Source of the DNA: an uncultured Candidatus Rokubacteria bacterium | GTDB lineage: Bacteria > Methylomirabilota > Methylomirabilia > Rokubacteriales > CSP1-6 | Length of the DNA: 64,000 nucleotides | Assembly (NCBI GenBank): GCA_963789955.1 | Contig: CAWBMV010000006.1 | Span: forward strand, 192,001-256,000 | Direction: 5' to 3' | In this document: positions 19,502 through 31,489 of the stretch, one piece after another | Layout of the letters: every line of letters starts with the position of its first letter | Numbering within the stretch: position 1 is the first letter of the stretch | Notes under the pieces: generated by a model | Databases searched by the model: none | Seen by the model: only the letters and a program-made list of their open reading frames with translations | Told to the model about the DNA's origin: nothing | Position numbers and translations under genes: made by a program

Positions 19502-20725
19502 ATGGCGCCGGCAGAGCTCCAGTGGCTCGACGGCGGCATTACGGCGGTGCCGGGGATCCTCGCCGGCGGCGTCGTGGCCGGCATCAAGCCGAGCGGTAAG
19601 AAAGACCTCGCCCTCATCTATTCCTCGACCCCGGCGCGTGCCGCCGCGGTGTTCACGTCGAATCAGGTCAAGGGCGCGCCGGTGCTGGTGTCGTCCGAGC
19701 ACGTGCGCGGTGGCCAGGCGCAGGCGATCGTCGCCTCGAGCGGTTGCGCCAACGTCTGCACCGGCGAGCAGGGCATCGCCGATGCGCGCGAGATGACGCG
19801 GATCGTCGGAGATCTGCTCCGGATCCCGGCCGGGCATGTGCTGGTCGCGGCGACCGGCGTCATCGGCATTCCGTTGCCGATGGACAAGATCCGCGCGGCG
19901 ATGCCCAATCTCGTGAAGTCGCTCTCGCCGCAAGGGCGGCGGGCGGCGGCCGAAGCGATCATGACGACCGACACGCAAGCCCAAAGAGGCCGCGGTGCGC
20001 GTCGAGATCGCCGGTCGCCCCGTCACCATCGGCGGGATCGCGAAGGGCGTCGCGATGCTCGAGCCGCACCTCGCGACGATGTTCTGCTTCGTCGCGTCGG
20101 ACGCGGCGGTGGCGCGAGGCGCGCTCGCTCCGGTTCTACGGCGGGCCGTCGATCGCTCCTTCAACAGAACGACCGTCGACTCCGATCAGTCGACGAGCGA
20201 CACCGTGGCGGTCCTGACCAACGGCCTCGCCGAGAACACGCCTCTGGAGACGGGCTCGCGGGGCATCCGCCAGTTCGCCCTGGGCCTCGACGCGGTGATG
20301 ACCAAGCTGGCCCGGATGCTCGTGGCCGATGGCGAGGGCGCCACGAAGCTCGTGACGGTCGCGGTGCGCGGGGCGGCGAACGGCAAGGACGCGCTGAACG
20401 CCGCGCGGGCCGTGGCCGAACTCGCCCCTGGTCAAGACGGCGATCAACGGCCAGGACCCCAACTGGGGCCGCATCATGATGGCCCTGGGCAAGTCGCCGG
20501 CCCGGATCGACCCGGGCGAAGGTCGCGATCGCCTTCGGGGACGAGCGCCTGGTCGAGCGCGGGATGCAGAAGGAAGGCGTGCGTATCGAGCGCATTCGGG
20601 AGATCATGGGATTGTCGGAATATGAGATCTCGATCGATCTCGGTCTGGGCCGCGGTGAGGACCGGGTCTGGACGTGCGATCTGAGCGAGGAGTACGTGCG
20701 GCTCAACGCCAAGTACACGACGTAG
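19502..20725 (+). CDS. argJ: Ornithine acetyltransferase / N-acetylglutamate synthase; frameshifts
   Basis: ATGVIG, IMTTDT, AKG...PHLATM, DGEGATK, DPNWGR, WTCDL...NAKYTT. Confidence 0.92.
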
Positions 20726-20732
20726 CTCACCA

Positions 20733-20815
20733 TTACACACGCCGCGCACTTTCGGTGGCAGGGCGTCGCCCGCCGGGGCGAGCCTGCTGAGCGCGGCGGA
20801 GGCAAACCGAAGGAG
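20733..20815 (+). ncRNA. rpsB leader (t44/S2-leader-like structured 5' UTR)
   Basis: ACACAC-GCCGCGC...GCGCGGC-GGAGGCAAACC architecture immediately upstream of rpsB. Confidence 0.65.
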
Positions 20816-20820
20816 GATCC

Positions 20821-21585
20821 ATGGCCGCATTGACGATGAAGGAGCTGCTCGAGGCCGGAGTGCATTTCGGCCATCAGACCAAGCGCTGGAACCCGAAGAT
20901 GCAGAAGTACATCTTCGGTGAGCGCAACGGCATTTACATCATCGACCTTCAGAAAACCCTCAAGAAGTTCCGTGAGGCCTACGGGTTCGTGCGCGACCTC
21001 GCCGCGGGCGGCGGCACGGTGCTCTTCATCGGGACCAAGAAGCAGGCCCAGGAGACCGTGTTCGAGGAGGCGAGCCGCTGCGGCATGTTCTACGTCAACC
21101 AGCGCTGGCTCGGCGGGACCCTGACGAACTTCACGACGATCCGCAAGTCGATCACCCGGCTCAAGAAGCTCGAGGAGATGAAGGAGACGGGTGAGTACGA
21201 GCGCGTGCCCAAGAAGGAAGCGCTCGAGCTCGATCGGGAGCGGGAAAAGCTCGAGAAGGCGCTGATCGGTATCAAGTTGATGGAGCAGCTGCCGGCGGCG
21301 GTCTTCATCATCGATCCTCGCAAGGAGAAGATCGCGGTCGCCGAGGCTCAGCGGCTCGGCATCTCGATCGTCGCGATCGTCGACACCAACTGCGATCCGA
21401 CCGGGATCGATTATCCGGTCCCCGGCAACGACGACGCGATCCGCGCGGTGCGCCTGATCACCTCGCGCATCGCCGACGCCGTCAACGAGGGACGCGGCAC
21501 GCTCGGCAAGGACGAGGGCGAGGCCGCGGCGGCGGAGGTGCCGGCCGAGGGCGCGGAGCTGGCCGCGGCCGAGGCGGAGGACTAG
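20821..21585 (+). CDS. rpsB: 30S ribosomal protein S2
   Basis: [34 protein letters not shown]. Confidence 0.97.
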   Translation: MAALTMKELLEAGVHFGHQTKRWNPKMQKYIFGERNGIYIIDLQKTLKKFREAYGFVRDLAAGGGTVLFIGTKKQAQETVFEEASRCGMFYVNQRWLGGTLTNFTTIRKSITRLKKLEEMKETGEYERVPKKEALELDREREKLEKALIGIKLMEQLPAAVFIIDPRKEKIAVAEAQRLGISIVAIVDTNCDPTGIDYPVPGNDDAIRAVRLITSRIADAVNEGRGTLGKDEGEAAAAEVPAEGAELAAAEAED

Positions 21586-21588
21586 GGC

Positions 21589-22195
21589 ATGGCCGCGACC
21601 CCGCAGCAGGTCAAGGAGCTTCGCGACCGGACGGGCGCCGGCGTGATGGACTGCAAGGAGGCCCTCCAGGCGGCCAACGGCGACCTCGAGGCCGCCCTCG
21701 AGTTCCTCCGAAAGAAGGGCCTGGCCCAGGCCGGCAAGCGTGCACATCGAGAGGCTCGCGAGGGCGCCATCGGAACGTACATCCACCACGGCGCCAAGCT
21801 CGGGGTGCTGATCGAGGTCAACTGCGAGTCGGACTTCGTCGCGCGCACGGACGCCTTCCAGGATCTGGTGAAGGATCTCGGGATGCAGGTCGCGGCAGCG
21901 AATCCGTCCTATGTCGCGCGCGAGGACGTGCCCGCACGCGGTCATCGAGAAGGAACGCGAGATCTACCGCGGCCAGATGGCCGACCAGAAGAAGCCGCCT
22001 CAGGTGATCGACAAGATCATCGAGGGCAAGCTGGAAAAGTTTTTTACCGAGCAATGCCTGCTCGAGCAACAGTTCATCAAGGACGCCTCGGGCAAGACGA
22101 CGGTCCGCGAGCTCGTCGACGGCGTGAACGCCAAGACCGGTGAGCGCATCGTCGTCAAGCGCTTCGCCCGTTTCCAGGTGGGCGAGGGGGGGTAG
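21589..22195 (+). CDS. tsf: Elongation factor Ts (short form, about 200 aa); frameshift near 21935
   Basis: [30 protein letters not shown]-terminal RFARFQVGE. Confidence 0.95.
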
Positions 22196-22196
22196 C

Positions 22197-22937
22197 ATGA
22201 CGGCGGCTGCCGGCTCCGGCCGCCCCGCCTACCGCCGTATTCTCCTGAAGCTCTCGGGAGAGGCGCTCGCCGGGAGCCAGGGCTACGGGATCGACCCGCT
22301 CGTGATCGATCGGATCGCCTCCGAGGTGCGCGAGGTGGCGGCACTCGGGGTGCAGATCGCGATCGTCATCGGCGGCGGCAACATCTTCCGCGGAGTCGCC
22401 GCGAGCGCCGGCGGCATGGAGCGCGCCACCGCCGACTACATGGGGATGCTGGCGACGGTCATCAACGCGCTGGCTCTCCAGGACGGGCTCGAGAAAGTCG
22501 GCCTGCAGACGCGGGTCCTGTCGGCCATCGAGATGCGGGCGGTCGCCGAGCCCTATATCCGACGGCGCTCGATCCGTCACCTCGAGAAGGGACGCATCGT
22601 GATCTTCGCGGCGGGCACGGGCAACCCGTTCTTCACGACGGACACCGCGGGAGCCCTGCGGGCCGTCGAGATCGGTGCCGACGCGATCATGAAGGCGACG
22701 AAGGTCGACGGGATCTACTCGGCCGACCCCAAGCAGGACGCCAACGCCCAGCGGCTGGAGCGCGTGACGTACATCGAGGTCCTCAACCGGGGGCTTCAAG
22801 TCATGGACGCCACCGCGATCTCCCTCTGCATGGACAACAAGCTGCCGATCGTCGTCTTCGACCTGAACCGGTCCGGGAACATCAAGCGGATCGTCCTCGG
22901 CGAAACCGTGGGCTCGATCGTATCGTCGGGAGGATGA
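22197..22937 (+). CDS. pyrH: UMP kinase
   Basis: [25 protein letters not shown]. Confidence 0.97.
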   Translation: MTAAAGSGRPAYRRILLKLSGEALAGSQGYGIDPLVIDRIASEVREVAALGVQIAIVIGGGNIFRGVAASAGGMERATADYMGMLATVINALALQDGLEKVGLQTRVLSAIEMRAVAEPYIRRRSIRHLEKGRIVIFAAGTGNPFFTTDTAGALRAVEIGADAIMKATKVDGIYSADPKQDANAQRLERVTYIEVLNRGLQVMDATAISLCMDNKLPIVVFDLNRSGNIKRIVLGETVGSIVSSGG

Positions 22938-22942
22938 CGTCA

Positions 22943-23506
22943 ATGGCGGACACGCAGGGCGTGATGAAGGAAATCGAGGCGAAGATGACCGGCGCCCTCG
23001 AGGCGCTCGGGCGGGAGCTCGCGACGGTGCGCACCGGCCGCGCCTCGGCCGGCCTGCTCGACGGGATCCGCGTCGACTATTACGGCACGCCGACACCCGT
23101 CAACCAGATGGCGTCCATCTCGGTCCCCGACGCCCGGACGATCGTGATCCAGCCCTGGGAAGCGGGCCAGCTCAAGGCGATCGAGAAGGCGATCAGCACC
23201 TCCGATCTCGGCCTGACCCCGGTCAACGACGGCAAGATCGTGCGCCTCGCGATGCCGTCGCCGACCGAGGAGCGGCGCAAGCAGCTCGCAAAGACCGTGC
23301 ACAAGATCGCCGAGGAATCCCGCGTGGCGGTCCGCAATCTCCGCCGCGAGGCGAACGATCGGCTGAAGGCACTCGCCAAGGACAAGAAGGTCTCCGAGGA
23401 CGAGGAGCGCCGCAGCCACGACCAGATCCAGAAGACGACGGACCGCTTCATCGCCAAGGTCGACGAGCTGCTCAAGAAGAAGGAGCAGGAGATCCTGTCA
23501 TTCTGA
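22943..23506 (+). CDS. frr: Ribosome recycling factor
   Basis: VRTGRAS, VDYYG, TEERRK, VRNLRR. Confidence 0.97.
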   Translation: MADTQGVMKEIEAKMTGALEALGRELATVRTGRASAGLLDGIRVDYYGTPTPVNQMASISVPDARTIVIQPWEAGQLKAIEKAISTSDLGLTPVNDGKIVRLAMPSPTEERRKQLAKTVHKIAEESRVAVRNLRREANDRLKALAKDKKVSEDEERRSHDQIQKTTDRFIAKVDELLKKKEQEILSF

Positions 23507-24237
23507 CGGAAGGCGACCTGTTCGAGGCCGTTCGCGCCCAGCCGGTTCCCGAGCACGTGGCCATCATCATGGACGGGAACGGACGCTGGGCGACCCATCG
23601 CGGCCTGCCGCGCGTGGCCGGACACCACGAGGGCGTGAAGTCGGCTCGCTCGATCGTTCGCGCCTCCTCGGCGCTGGGCCTCCGCTACCTGACCCTCTAC
23701 GCGTTCTCGACCGAGAACTGGAGCCGCCCGCCCGACGAGGTCTCGATGCTCATGAGCCTGCTCGAGCGGTCGGTCAACGCGGAGCTGCCCGAGCTGATGG
23801 CTCGCAACGCTCGACTCCGCGTCCTCGGCCGGACCAACGGGTTGCCGTCCGGCGTGCGCCGCGGCATCGACCACGTCGTGCACGAAACGCGCAACAACAC
23901 CGGGCTGACCGTGTTGATGGCGTTCAACTACGGAGCGCGGGACGAGCTGATCGACGCGTTCCGGTCGCTGGCGCGTCAGATCGTGGCGGGGGAGCTCAAG
24001 CCCGAGGACATCTCGGAAAAGAAGATCAGCGAGGCGCTCTACACCGCCGACATCCCCGATCCCGATCTCCTGATCCGCACGAGCGGCGAGATGCGGATCT
24101 CGAACTTTCTCCTGTGGCAGATCGCCTACACGGAGCTCTGGGTGACCCCGACTCTCTGGCCCGATTTCGGGCCCGTCGATCTCTATCGCGCCATCGCCGA
24201 GTTCCAGGGCCGGACGCGACGCTTTGGGAAGGTGTGA
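23503..24237 (+). CDS. uppS: Undecaprenyl diphosphate synthase; probable CTG start
   Basis: PEHVAIIMDGNGRWA, FSTENW, RTSGEMRISNFLLWQ. Confidence 0.93.
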   Translation: MTEGDLFEAVRAQPVPEHVAIIMDGNGRWATHRGLPRVAGHHEGVKSARSIVRASSALGLRYLTLYAFSTENWSRPPDEVSMLMSLLERSVNAELPELMARNARLRVLGRTNGLPSGVRRGIDHVVHETRNNTGLTVLMAFNYGARDELIDAFRSLARQIVAGELKPEDISEKKISEALYTADIPDPDLLIRTSGEMRISNFLLWQIAYTELWVTPTLWPDFGPVDLYRAIAEFQGRTRRFGKV

Positions 24238-24238
24238 C

Positions 24239-25133
24239 GTGGCCGAGACGGAGGCCGCGCGCGTGACCGTTCCTGGAGCCGGAGCCATCTCGCCGGCCTG
24301 GAAGCGCATCGCCAGCTCCATCGTGCTGATTCCGGTCTTCGTGTGGGTCACGACCGGGGCGCCGGCGTGGGTGTTCCAGCTGCTCGTGGTGGCGGCGAGC
24401 GCGGTGGCCTGCCGAGAGCTCGCGCGCATGTTCGAGCGCACGGGGCGCCCGATTGCCACGTGGCTCACGGTCGGCGTCGGCGCCGCACTCACGGCCAGCT
24501 TCGCCACGAGCCTCTATACAGGGCTCGGCATCGATGGACACGCGGTCCGCTGGATGCCGACCCCGGAGCTGGCGCTTCTGGTCGGTGTCGGCCTGATCTG
24601 CAGCGCACCGCTCTGGAGCTCGGGACGTCCGCTGGTCGAGTCGACCGCGAACACCCTGTTCGGCGCGATCTACATCGGCTGGCTTCTCGGCTACGCGATC
24701 TGGCTTCAAGGCCGCGCGGACGGCCCGCAGCTCGTGCTGTTTCTCGTCGGCGTGACGTGGGCCGGCGAATCGGCCGCGTACCTGGTCGGCTCCTCGGTCG
24801 GCCGCCACCGCCTCGCGCCGGTCTTGAGCCCGCGGCAAGACCGTCGAGGGTGCGATCGCTCAAGTCATCGTCTCGGTCGCCGCCGCGCTGGCGCTGGGAT
24901 TCTGGCTGCTCCCGGCGTGCGGTCTGCTCGGCGCCGCCGGAGCCGGCGTCGTCCTCGGCGTGATCGGCCAGGTCGGCGACCTGGCGGAGTCGGCGATCAA
25001 GCGAAGCATCGGAACCAAGGACACTGGCGACCTCATCCCGGGTCACGGCGGCATGCTCGACCGGATCGACAGCTTGCTCTTCAACGCCCCGGCCCTTTAC
25101 CTCTATTCTTTGTACGCCTGGTGCCGCGCATGA
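24239..25133 (+). CDS. cdsA: Phosphatidate cytidylyltransferase; frameshift near 24833
   Basis: SP-KTVEG, GDLAESAIKR, IPGHGGMLDRIDS. Confidence 0.9.
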
Positions 25134-26305
25134 AAAGCATTACGCTGCTCGGAGCAACGGGATCCATCGGTCTTCGAACCCTCGACCTCGTGTCGAGCTT
25201 CCCCGAGGAATTCTCGGTGGCGGCGCTCGCGGCGCGCGGGTCGAACGTCGAGCGGGTCGCGGACCTCTGCAAGAAGTACTCGCCGCGCGCCGTCGCGCTG
25301 CTGGAGGCGGACGCCCGCGACCAGCTGGCGCGCCTCCTCCCGGCGCCGCGTCCTGAGCTGCTCGCCGGTCCCGAGGGATTGGTGGCGCTGGCCCGCGACG
25401 TGAAAGCGGACATCGTGGTCTCGGCGCTGGTCGGCGGCGCCGGCCTGCTCCCGACCATGGCCGCGATCCAGGCCGGGCGCACCGTGGCGCTCGCCAACAA
25501 GGAAACCCTCGTCATGGCCGGGCGGCTGATGACCGCGGCGGCCCGGGCGCGGGGCGTGAAGCTCTTGCCGGTCGACTCCGAGCACAGCGCGATCTTCCAG
25601 TGCCTCGCCGGCCACAGCCGGGCCGACGTTCACCGTATCCTGTTGACAGCGTCCGGCGGTCCCTTCCGGGAGACGCCGAAAGCGCGGCTCGCGACGGTGA
25701 CGGTCGAGGACGCGCTCCAGCACCCGACGTGGAAGATGGGCGCGAAGATCACGATCGACTCGGCCACTCTGATGAACAAGGGCCTCGAGGTGATCGAGGC
25801 GCGCTGGCTGTTCGACGTCGCGTCCGATCAGGTCCAGATCGTGGTGCACCCGCAGTCGATCGTGCACTCGATGGTGGAGTACATCGACGGCTGCGTGATC
25901 GCCCAGATGGGCGTGGCGGACATGGGCGTGCCGATCCTCTACGCGCTCACGTATCCGGAGCGGCGGCCGATGCCGACCGCCCGCCTCGATCTGGTGCGCG
26001 CCGGGCAGCTCACGTTCTACGAGCCCGACGTCGACAAGTTCCCGTGCCTGCGGCTCGCGCGCACCGCGCTCGAGTCCAATAGCTCGGCGCCCGTGGTGCT
26101 CAACGCCGCCAACGAGATCGCGGTGGCGGCGTTCCTCGACCGGCGCATCGGCTTCAACGCGATCGCGGAGCTCATCGAGGAGGCGCTCAACGCCTCCCGC
26201 GCCGGCGACCTCGACTCGATCGAGGCCCTGGTGGCGGTCGACGCCGACACGCGCCGTTCCGTGCAGCGCGCGATCGACATCCGTCAGGGAGCGCGCTCCT
26301 CGTGA
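25130..26305 (+). CDS. dxr: 1-deoxy-D-xylulose-5-phosphate reductoisomerase
   Basis: LGATGSIG, LANKE, PVDSEH, HPTWKMGAKITIDSATLMNKGLE. Confidence 0.96.
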   Translation: MKSITLLGATGSIGLRTLDLVSSFPEEFSVAALAARGSNVERVADLCKKYSPRAVALLEADARDQLARLLPAPRPELLAGPEGLVALARDVKADIVVSALVGGAGLLPTMAAIQAGRTVALANKETLVMAGRLMTAAARARGVKLLPVDSEHSAIFQCLAGHSRADVHRILLTASGGPFRETPKARLATVTVEDALQHPTWKMGAKITIDSATLMNKGLEVIEARWLFDVASDQVQIVVHPQSIVHSMVEYIDGCVIAQMGVADMGVPILYALTYPERRPMPTARLDLVRAGQLTFYEPDVDKFPCLRLARTALESNSSAPVVLNAANEIAVAAFLDRRIGFNAIAELIEEALNASRAGDLDSIEALVAVDADTRRSVQRAIDIRQGARSS

Positions 26306-27666
26306 CGACCATCCTCTCGTTCGTCATCGTCATCGGCATCCTCATCCTGGTCCACGAGCTCGGCCATTTCCTGGTCGCCCGATGGACCGGTGTCGGCGTC
26401 GAGCGCTTCTCGATCGGCTTCGGTCCGGTGCTCGCGCGGTGGCGCGGCAAGGAGACCGAGTACTGCCTGTCGGCGATTCCGATGGGCGGGTACGTGAAGA
26501 TGGTCGGCGAGGAGAATCCGCTCGAAGGGGGCGGCTCGCCGGACTACGACCCCAAGAAGGCGTTCGCGCTCAAGCCGCTGTGGGCGCGCTTCCTGATCGT
26601 GTTCGCCGGCCCCGGGATGAATTTCGTGCTCGCCGCCGTGATCTTCGGCATCGTCCTCGCGACCATCGGGCGTCCGGTGTCTCCGGCGATCGTCGGGCGC
26701 GTCGCCGACGACGGCCCGGCCGCGGCTGCGCGGCTGCAACCGGGGGACACGGTGGGGTCGATCGACGGTCGCCCGATCGCGTTCTGGGAGGAGCTCTATC
26801 GGGCGATCATGAACTCGCAGGGCCAACCGCTGCGGTTGGGGATCGTGCGCGACGGAGCCAAGCGGGAGGTCGAGATCACGCCGCGGCGGGTCACCGTACG
26901 CGACCCGATCTTCAAGGAAGAGCGGGAGGAGTGGGACCTCGGCATCGGCCCGCAGCTCACGCCGCAGATCGGCGCGGTCACCTCGGGCTCTCCGGCCGAG
27001 CGGGCCGGCCTGCGCCCCGGGGACACCGTCATCGGCGTGGCGGGCCAGACGGTCTTCACGCCCGACGAGCTCACCCAGGCGATCCAGAAGCGCGGCGGGC
27101 AGACCTTCGAGATCGTCGTCCAGCGCGAGGGCAAGCCCGTGACCCTGCACGTGACGGCGACCACGGTGAAGGAGAAGAGCCCGACGGGTCAGGACGTCGA
27201 GATCGGGCGCATCGGCGTCGGCATCGTCATGAAAGCCGTTCGCTACGAGCGATACAATCCGCTCCAGGCGATGGGTTACGGCACCGTCAGGACCTGGGAC
27301 ATGACGGTGCTGACCGCCAAGGGGCTCTGGAAGCTCGTGACCCTGCAGTTGCCCCTCTCGAACCTCGGTGGCCCGATCCAGATCGCGGCGGAAGGGGAGC
27401 GTCAGCGCCGCGAGGGGTTGCCCTCGCTCGCGCAGTTCACGGCGATCATCAGCGTGAATCTGGCGGTGCTGAATCTCCTCCCGGTGCCGATGCTCGACGG
27501 CGGCCATCTTCTGTTCTTCGTCATCGAAGGAATTCTGGGCCGGCCGGTGTCGCTCAAGAAGCGCGAGGCCGCGCAGCAGCTCGGGCTCGTTCTTCTGCTG
27601 CTCTTGATGGTATTCGCGATTTACAATGACCTCGTCCGGATCGACGCATTCAGAATCTTTAGATAG
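26302..27666 (+). CDS. rseP: RIP metalloprotease RseP with two PDZ domains
   Basis: HELGH, GGYVKM, NLLPVPMLDGG. Confidence 0.95.
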   Translation: MTTILSFVIVIGILILVHELGHFLVARWTGVGVERFSIGFGPVLARWRGKETEYCLSAIPMGGYVKMVGEENPLEGGGSPDYDPKKAFALKPLWARFLIVFAGPGMNFVLAAVIFGIVLATIGRPVSPAIVGRVADDGPAAAARLQPGDTVGSIDGRPIAFWEELYRAIMNSQGQPLRLGIVRDGAKREVEITPRRVTVRDPIFKEEREEWDLGIGPQLTPQIGAVTSGSPAERAGLRPGDTVIGVAGQTVFTPDELTQAIQKRGGQTFEIVVQREGKPVTLHVTATTVKEKSPTGQDVEIGRIGVGIVMKAVRYERYNPLQAMGYGTVRTWDMTVLTAKGLWKLVTLQLPLSNLGGPIQIAAEGERQRREGLPSLAQFTAIISVNLAVLNLLPVPMLDGGHLLFFVIEGILGRPVSLKKREAAQQLGLVLLLLLMVFAIYNDLVRIDAFRIFR

Positions 27667-27675
27667 GACGGTTCA

Positions 27676-28773
27676 ATGATTACACGGCGGCAGACGCGGC
27701 AGATCAAGGTGGGCAGCCTCGCGGTCGGCGGCGGCGCCCCGATCACCGTGCAGTCCATGACCAAGACCGACACGCGCGACGTCCAGGCGACGTTGCTCGA
27801 GATCTGGTCACTCGAGGCGGCCGGCTGCGACATCGTCCGGTGCGCGGTGCCGGTCAAGGAAGCCGCCGAGAAGCTCGGTGAGATCAAGAAGCAGATCCGC
27901 ATCCCGCTCGTCGCGGACATCCACTTCAACTACAAGCTGGCGTTGATCGCGCTCGAGCAGGGCGTCGACGGCCTGCGGCTCAATCCCGGCAACATCGGCG
28001 GCAAGCAGTTCGTGCAAGAGGTCGTCAACGTCGCCAAGGACAAGAAGATCCCGATCCGCATCGGCGTCAACGGCGGCTCGCTCGAAAAGGATCTGCTGGC
28101 CAAGCACAACGGGCCGACCGCGGAAGGCATGGTCGAGTCGGCGCTCCGTCACATCCGCATCCTCGAGGATCTGAACTATCCCGAGATGAAGATCTCGCTG
28201 AAGGCTTCCGATCCCTTGATGATGATCGAGGCCTACCGGATGCTGGCCGACAAGGTCGACTACGCGTTCCACCTCGGTGTCACCGAGGCCGGCACGCCGG
28301 GCGTGGGCACGATCAAGTCGGCGATCGGTCTCGGCGCGCTCCTGTCGGAAGGGATCGGCGACACGATTCGCGTGTCGCTCTCGGCCGATCCGGCCGAAGA
28401 AGTCCGCGTCGGGATCCAGATCCTCAAGTCGCTCGGCCTGCGCAAGGGCGGCCTGACCTTCGTGTCGTGTCCGTCGTGCGGCCGCGCGGACGTCGACCTG
28501 GTCAAGCTCGCGAAGGAAGTCGAGGACGAGTTCAAAGGGCTGAACGAAGAGATCCACATCGCCGTGATGGGCTGCGAGGTCAACGGCCCCGGTGAGGCGC
28601 GTGTCGCGGACATCGGCGTCGCCGGCGGGCGCGGGATCGGGCTGATCTTCAAGAACGGAGACGTGATTCGCAAGGTGCCGGAGAAGGATATCGTCCAGGC
28701 GATGCGCGAGGAAGTCGACAAGTTCATCGCCGAGCGCAAGGCCGCGAAGCCGGCGGCCGTGGAGGCCTCGTGA
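27676..28773 (+). CDS. ispG: HMBPP synthase
   Basis: VQSMT, ADIHF, RLNPGNIG, SCPSCGR, MGCEVNGPGE. Confidence 0.96.
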   Translation: MITRRQTRQIKVGSLAVGGGAPITVQSMTKTDTRDVQATLLEIWSLEAAGCDIVRCAVPVKEAAEKLGEIKKQIRIPLVADIHFNYKLALIALEQGVDGLRLNPGNIGGKQFVQEVVNVAKDKKIPIRIGVNGGSLEKDLLAKHNGPTAEGMVESALRHIRILEDLNYPEMKISLKASDPLMMIEAYRMLADKVDYAFHLGVTEAGTPGVGTIKSAIGLGALLSEGIGDTIRVSLSADPAEEVRVGIQILKSLGLRKGGLTFVSCPSCGRADVDLVKLAKEVEDEFKGLNEEIHIAVMGCEVNGPGEARVADIGVAGGRGIGLIFKNGDVIRKVPEKDIVQAMREEVDKFIAERKAAKPAAVEAS

Positions 28774-29105
28774 TGGGACAGTACAAGACTCACGTCTTCG
28801 TGTGCACGACCGGCGATTCGTGTCCGACTCAGGGCAACGTCGAGCAGTACGTGAAGTTTCTCCGCGACGAGTCGGTGAAGGCCGGGCTCAAGGCGGACAT
28901 CCGCATCAACAAGGCCGGCTGCTTCTCGCAGTGCGGTCACGGTCCGATGCTCGTCTTCTACCCGGAGAACGTCTGGTACGGCGGCGTCCAGGAATCCGAC
29001 TTGAAGGAGATCTTCGAGTCGCACATCCGCGACGGCAAGCCGGTCGCCCGCCTGATCTACGATCCCGGCGTCAAGGGCGCGAACAAGAAGCCAGGTTACA
29101 AGTAG
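28773..29105 (+). CDS. Thioredoxin-like [2Fe-2S] ferredoxin
   Basis: HVFVC...C...GCFSQCGHGP...YPENVWY. Confidence 0.85.
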   Translation: MGQYKTHVFVCTTGDSCPTQGNVEQYVKFLRDESVKAGLKADIRINKAGCFSQCGHGPMLVFYPENVWYGGVQESDLKEIFESHIRDGKPVARLIYDPGVKGANKKPGYK

Positions 29106-29164
29106 CAAGCCCCGTCAAGGGTCCTCGCTGCTCCCGGTGCAGGCGGGATAAGTATGCCTCCGCC

Positions 29165-29224
29165 TTGCCTCCGGTCGGAACACGTGCTAAATTCTTGAAA
29201 AAGTGGGCTTAGCCCGCTTTTTTT
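29165..29224 (+). promoter_or_regulatory. rimP promoter and rimP-leader attenuator-like hairpin
   Basis: TTGCCT-17 nt-TAAATT with extended TG; AAAAAGTGGGC-tta-GCCCGCTTTTTTT. Confidence 0.7.
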
Positions 29225-29271
29225 AGTTTTGCCGACTGAGATGGAGGTGTTGGGCGCCGCGCCCGTGGTCC

Positions 29272-29739
29272 ATGGACGATGTCGAAAGGATCGCCCTGAT
29301 CGAGGAGACGGTCGCGCCGGTGGTCGGTGACCACGGGCTGGAGCTGGTCGACCTGGATTGGCGGGGGCTCCGGCCTCGAGGCGTGCTCCGGCTGTACGTC
29401 GACAAGCCGGGCGGCGTCGGGGTCGGCGACTGCGAACGCCTGAGCCGGGAGCTGGGAGACGTGCTGGACGCCGCCGCGGTGATCGAGGGGGGCTACGACC
29501 TCGAAGTGTCGTCGCCGGGACTCGACCGCCAGCTCAAGAAGGACCGGGAGTACCGCTGGGCGACGGGCAAGCAGGTCCGCTGCTGGCTGGCCGGCGGCGC
29601 CGAGTTTCACGGGCGCCTGGCCGAGGTCGGCCCCGAGCGGCTGGTGCTGGAGCGGGACGGCGAGCGAACCGAGCTCCGCCGGAGCGAGGTCACGAAGGCG
29701 CGGTTGGAGGCAGAGGTCCCCTGGGCCCGCAAGGCGTAG
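29272..29739 (+). CDS. rimP: Ribosome maturation factor RimP
   Basis: LRLYVDKPGG...DC, YDLEVSSPGLDR; position upstream of nusA. Confidence 0.93.
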   Translation: MDDVERIALIEETVAPVVGDHGLELVDLDWRGLRPRGVLRLYVDKPGGVGVGDCERLSRELGDVLDAAAVIEGGYDLEVSSPGLDRQLKKDREYRWATGKQVRCWLAGGAEFHGRLAEVGPERLVLERDGERTELRRSEVTKARLEAEVPWARKA

Positions 29740-29762
29740 AATCTGGGCGAGTCAAGGAAACC

Positions 29763-31108
<1,346 letters not shown>

Positions 31109-31112
<4 letters not shown>

Positions 31113-31474
31113 AGACACCCCCGAGCCGCACGTGTCTTGGATGTCGGCGAGCTCGGCCGAAGGCCGACCTCGTGCGGCTGACCCGAACGCCGAGCGGAAC
31201 GGTGGTCGTGGACTGCGGGCCTCGCGCGACAGGCCGCGGCGCGTATGTGTGTCCCGAGCCCGAATGTCTCGAGCGCGGCCTGAGCCGCGGTCGGCTCGGT
31301 CACGCATTCAGAAAGCCCAGTGAGGCAGGTCCGGATCTGGTCGCGACGGTGCGAGCCGCCGCGGGGCGTGAGCCACAGGCTGCGCTGGCCGAAGCGAGCC
31401 CGGAGGGCACGCTCTTGTGTGAGGCCGGCGCGGGAGCGATCGGCGATGTCGCAGTGATCACGGTGAGAGCGTAG
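31109..31474 (+). CDS. ylxR: YlxR/DUF448 family protein
   Basis: RTCLGCR, GRGAYVC; lies between nusA and infB. Confidence 0.85.
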
Positions 31475-31489
31475 GGAGGTGAGGGGACA

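Noticed and set aside
24224..26305. Apparent CdsA-Dxr fusion, and similarly PurB-PurC at 43042..45093
   Set aside because: The linking segments are out-of-frame gibberish and the proper C-termini exist in other frames
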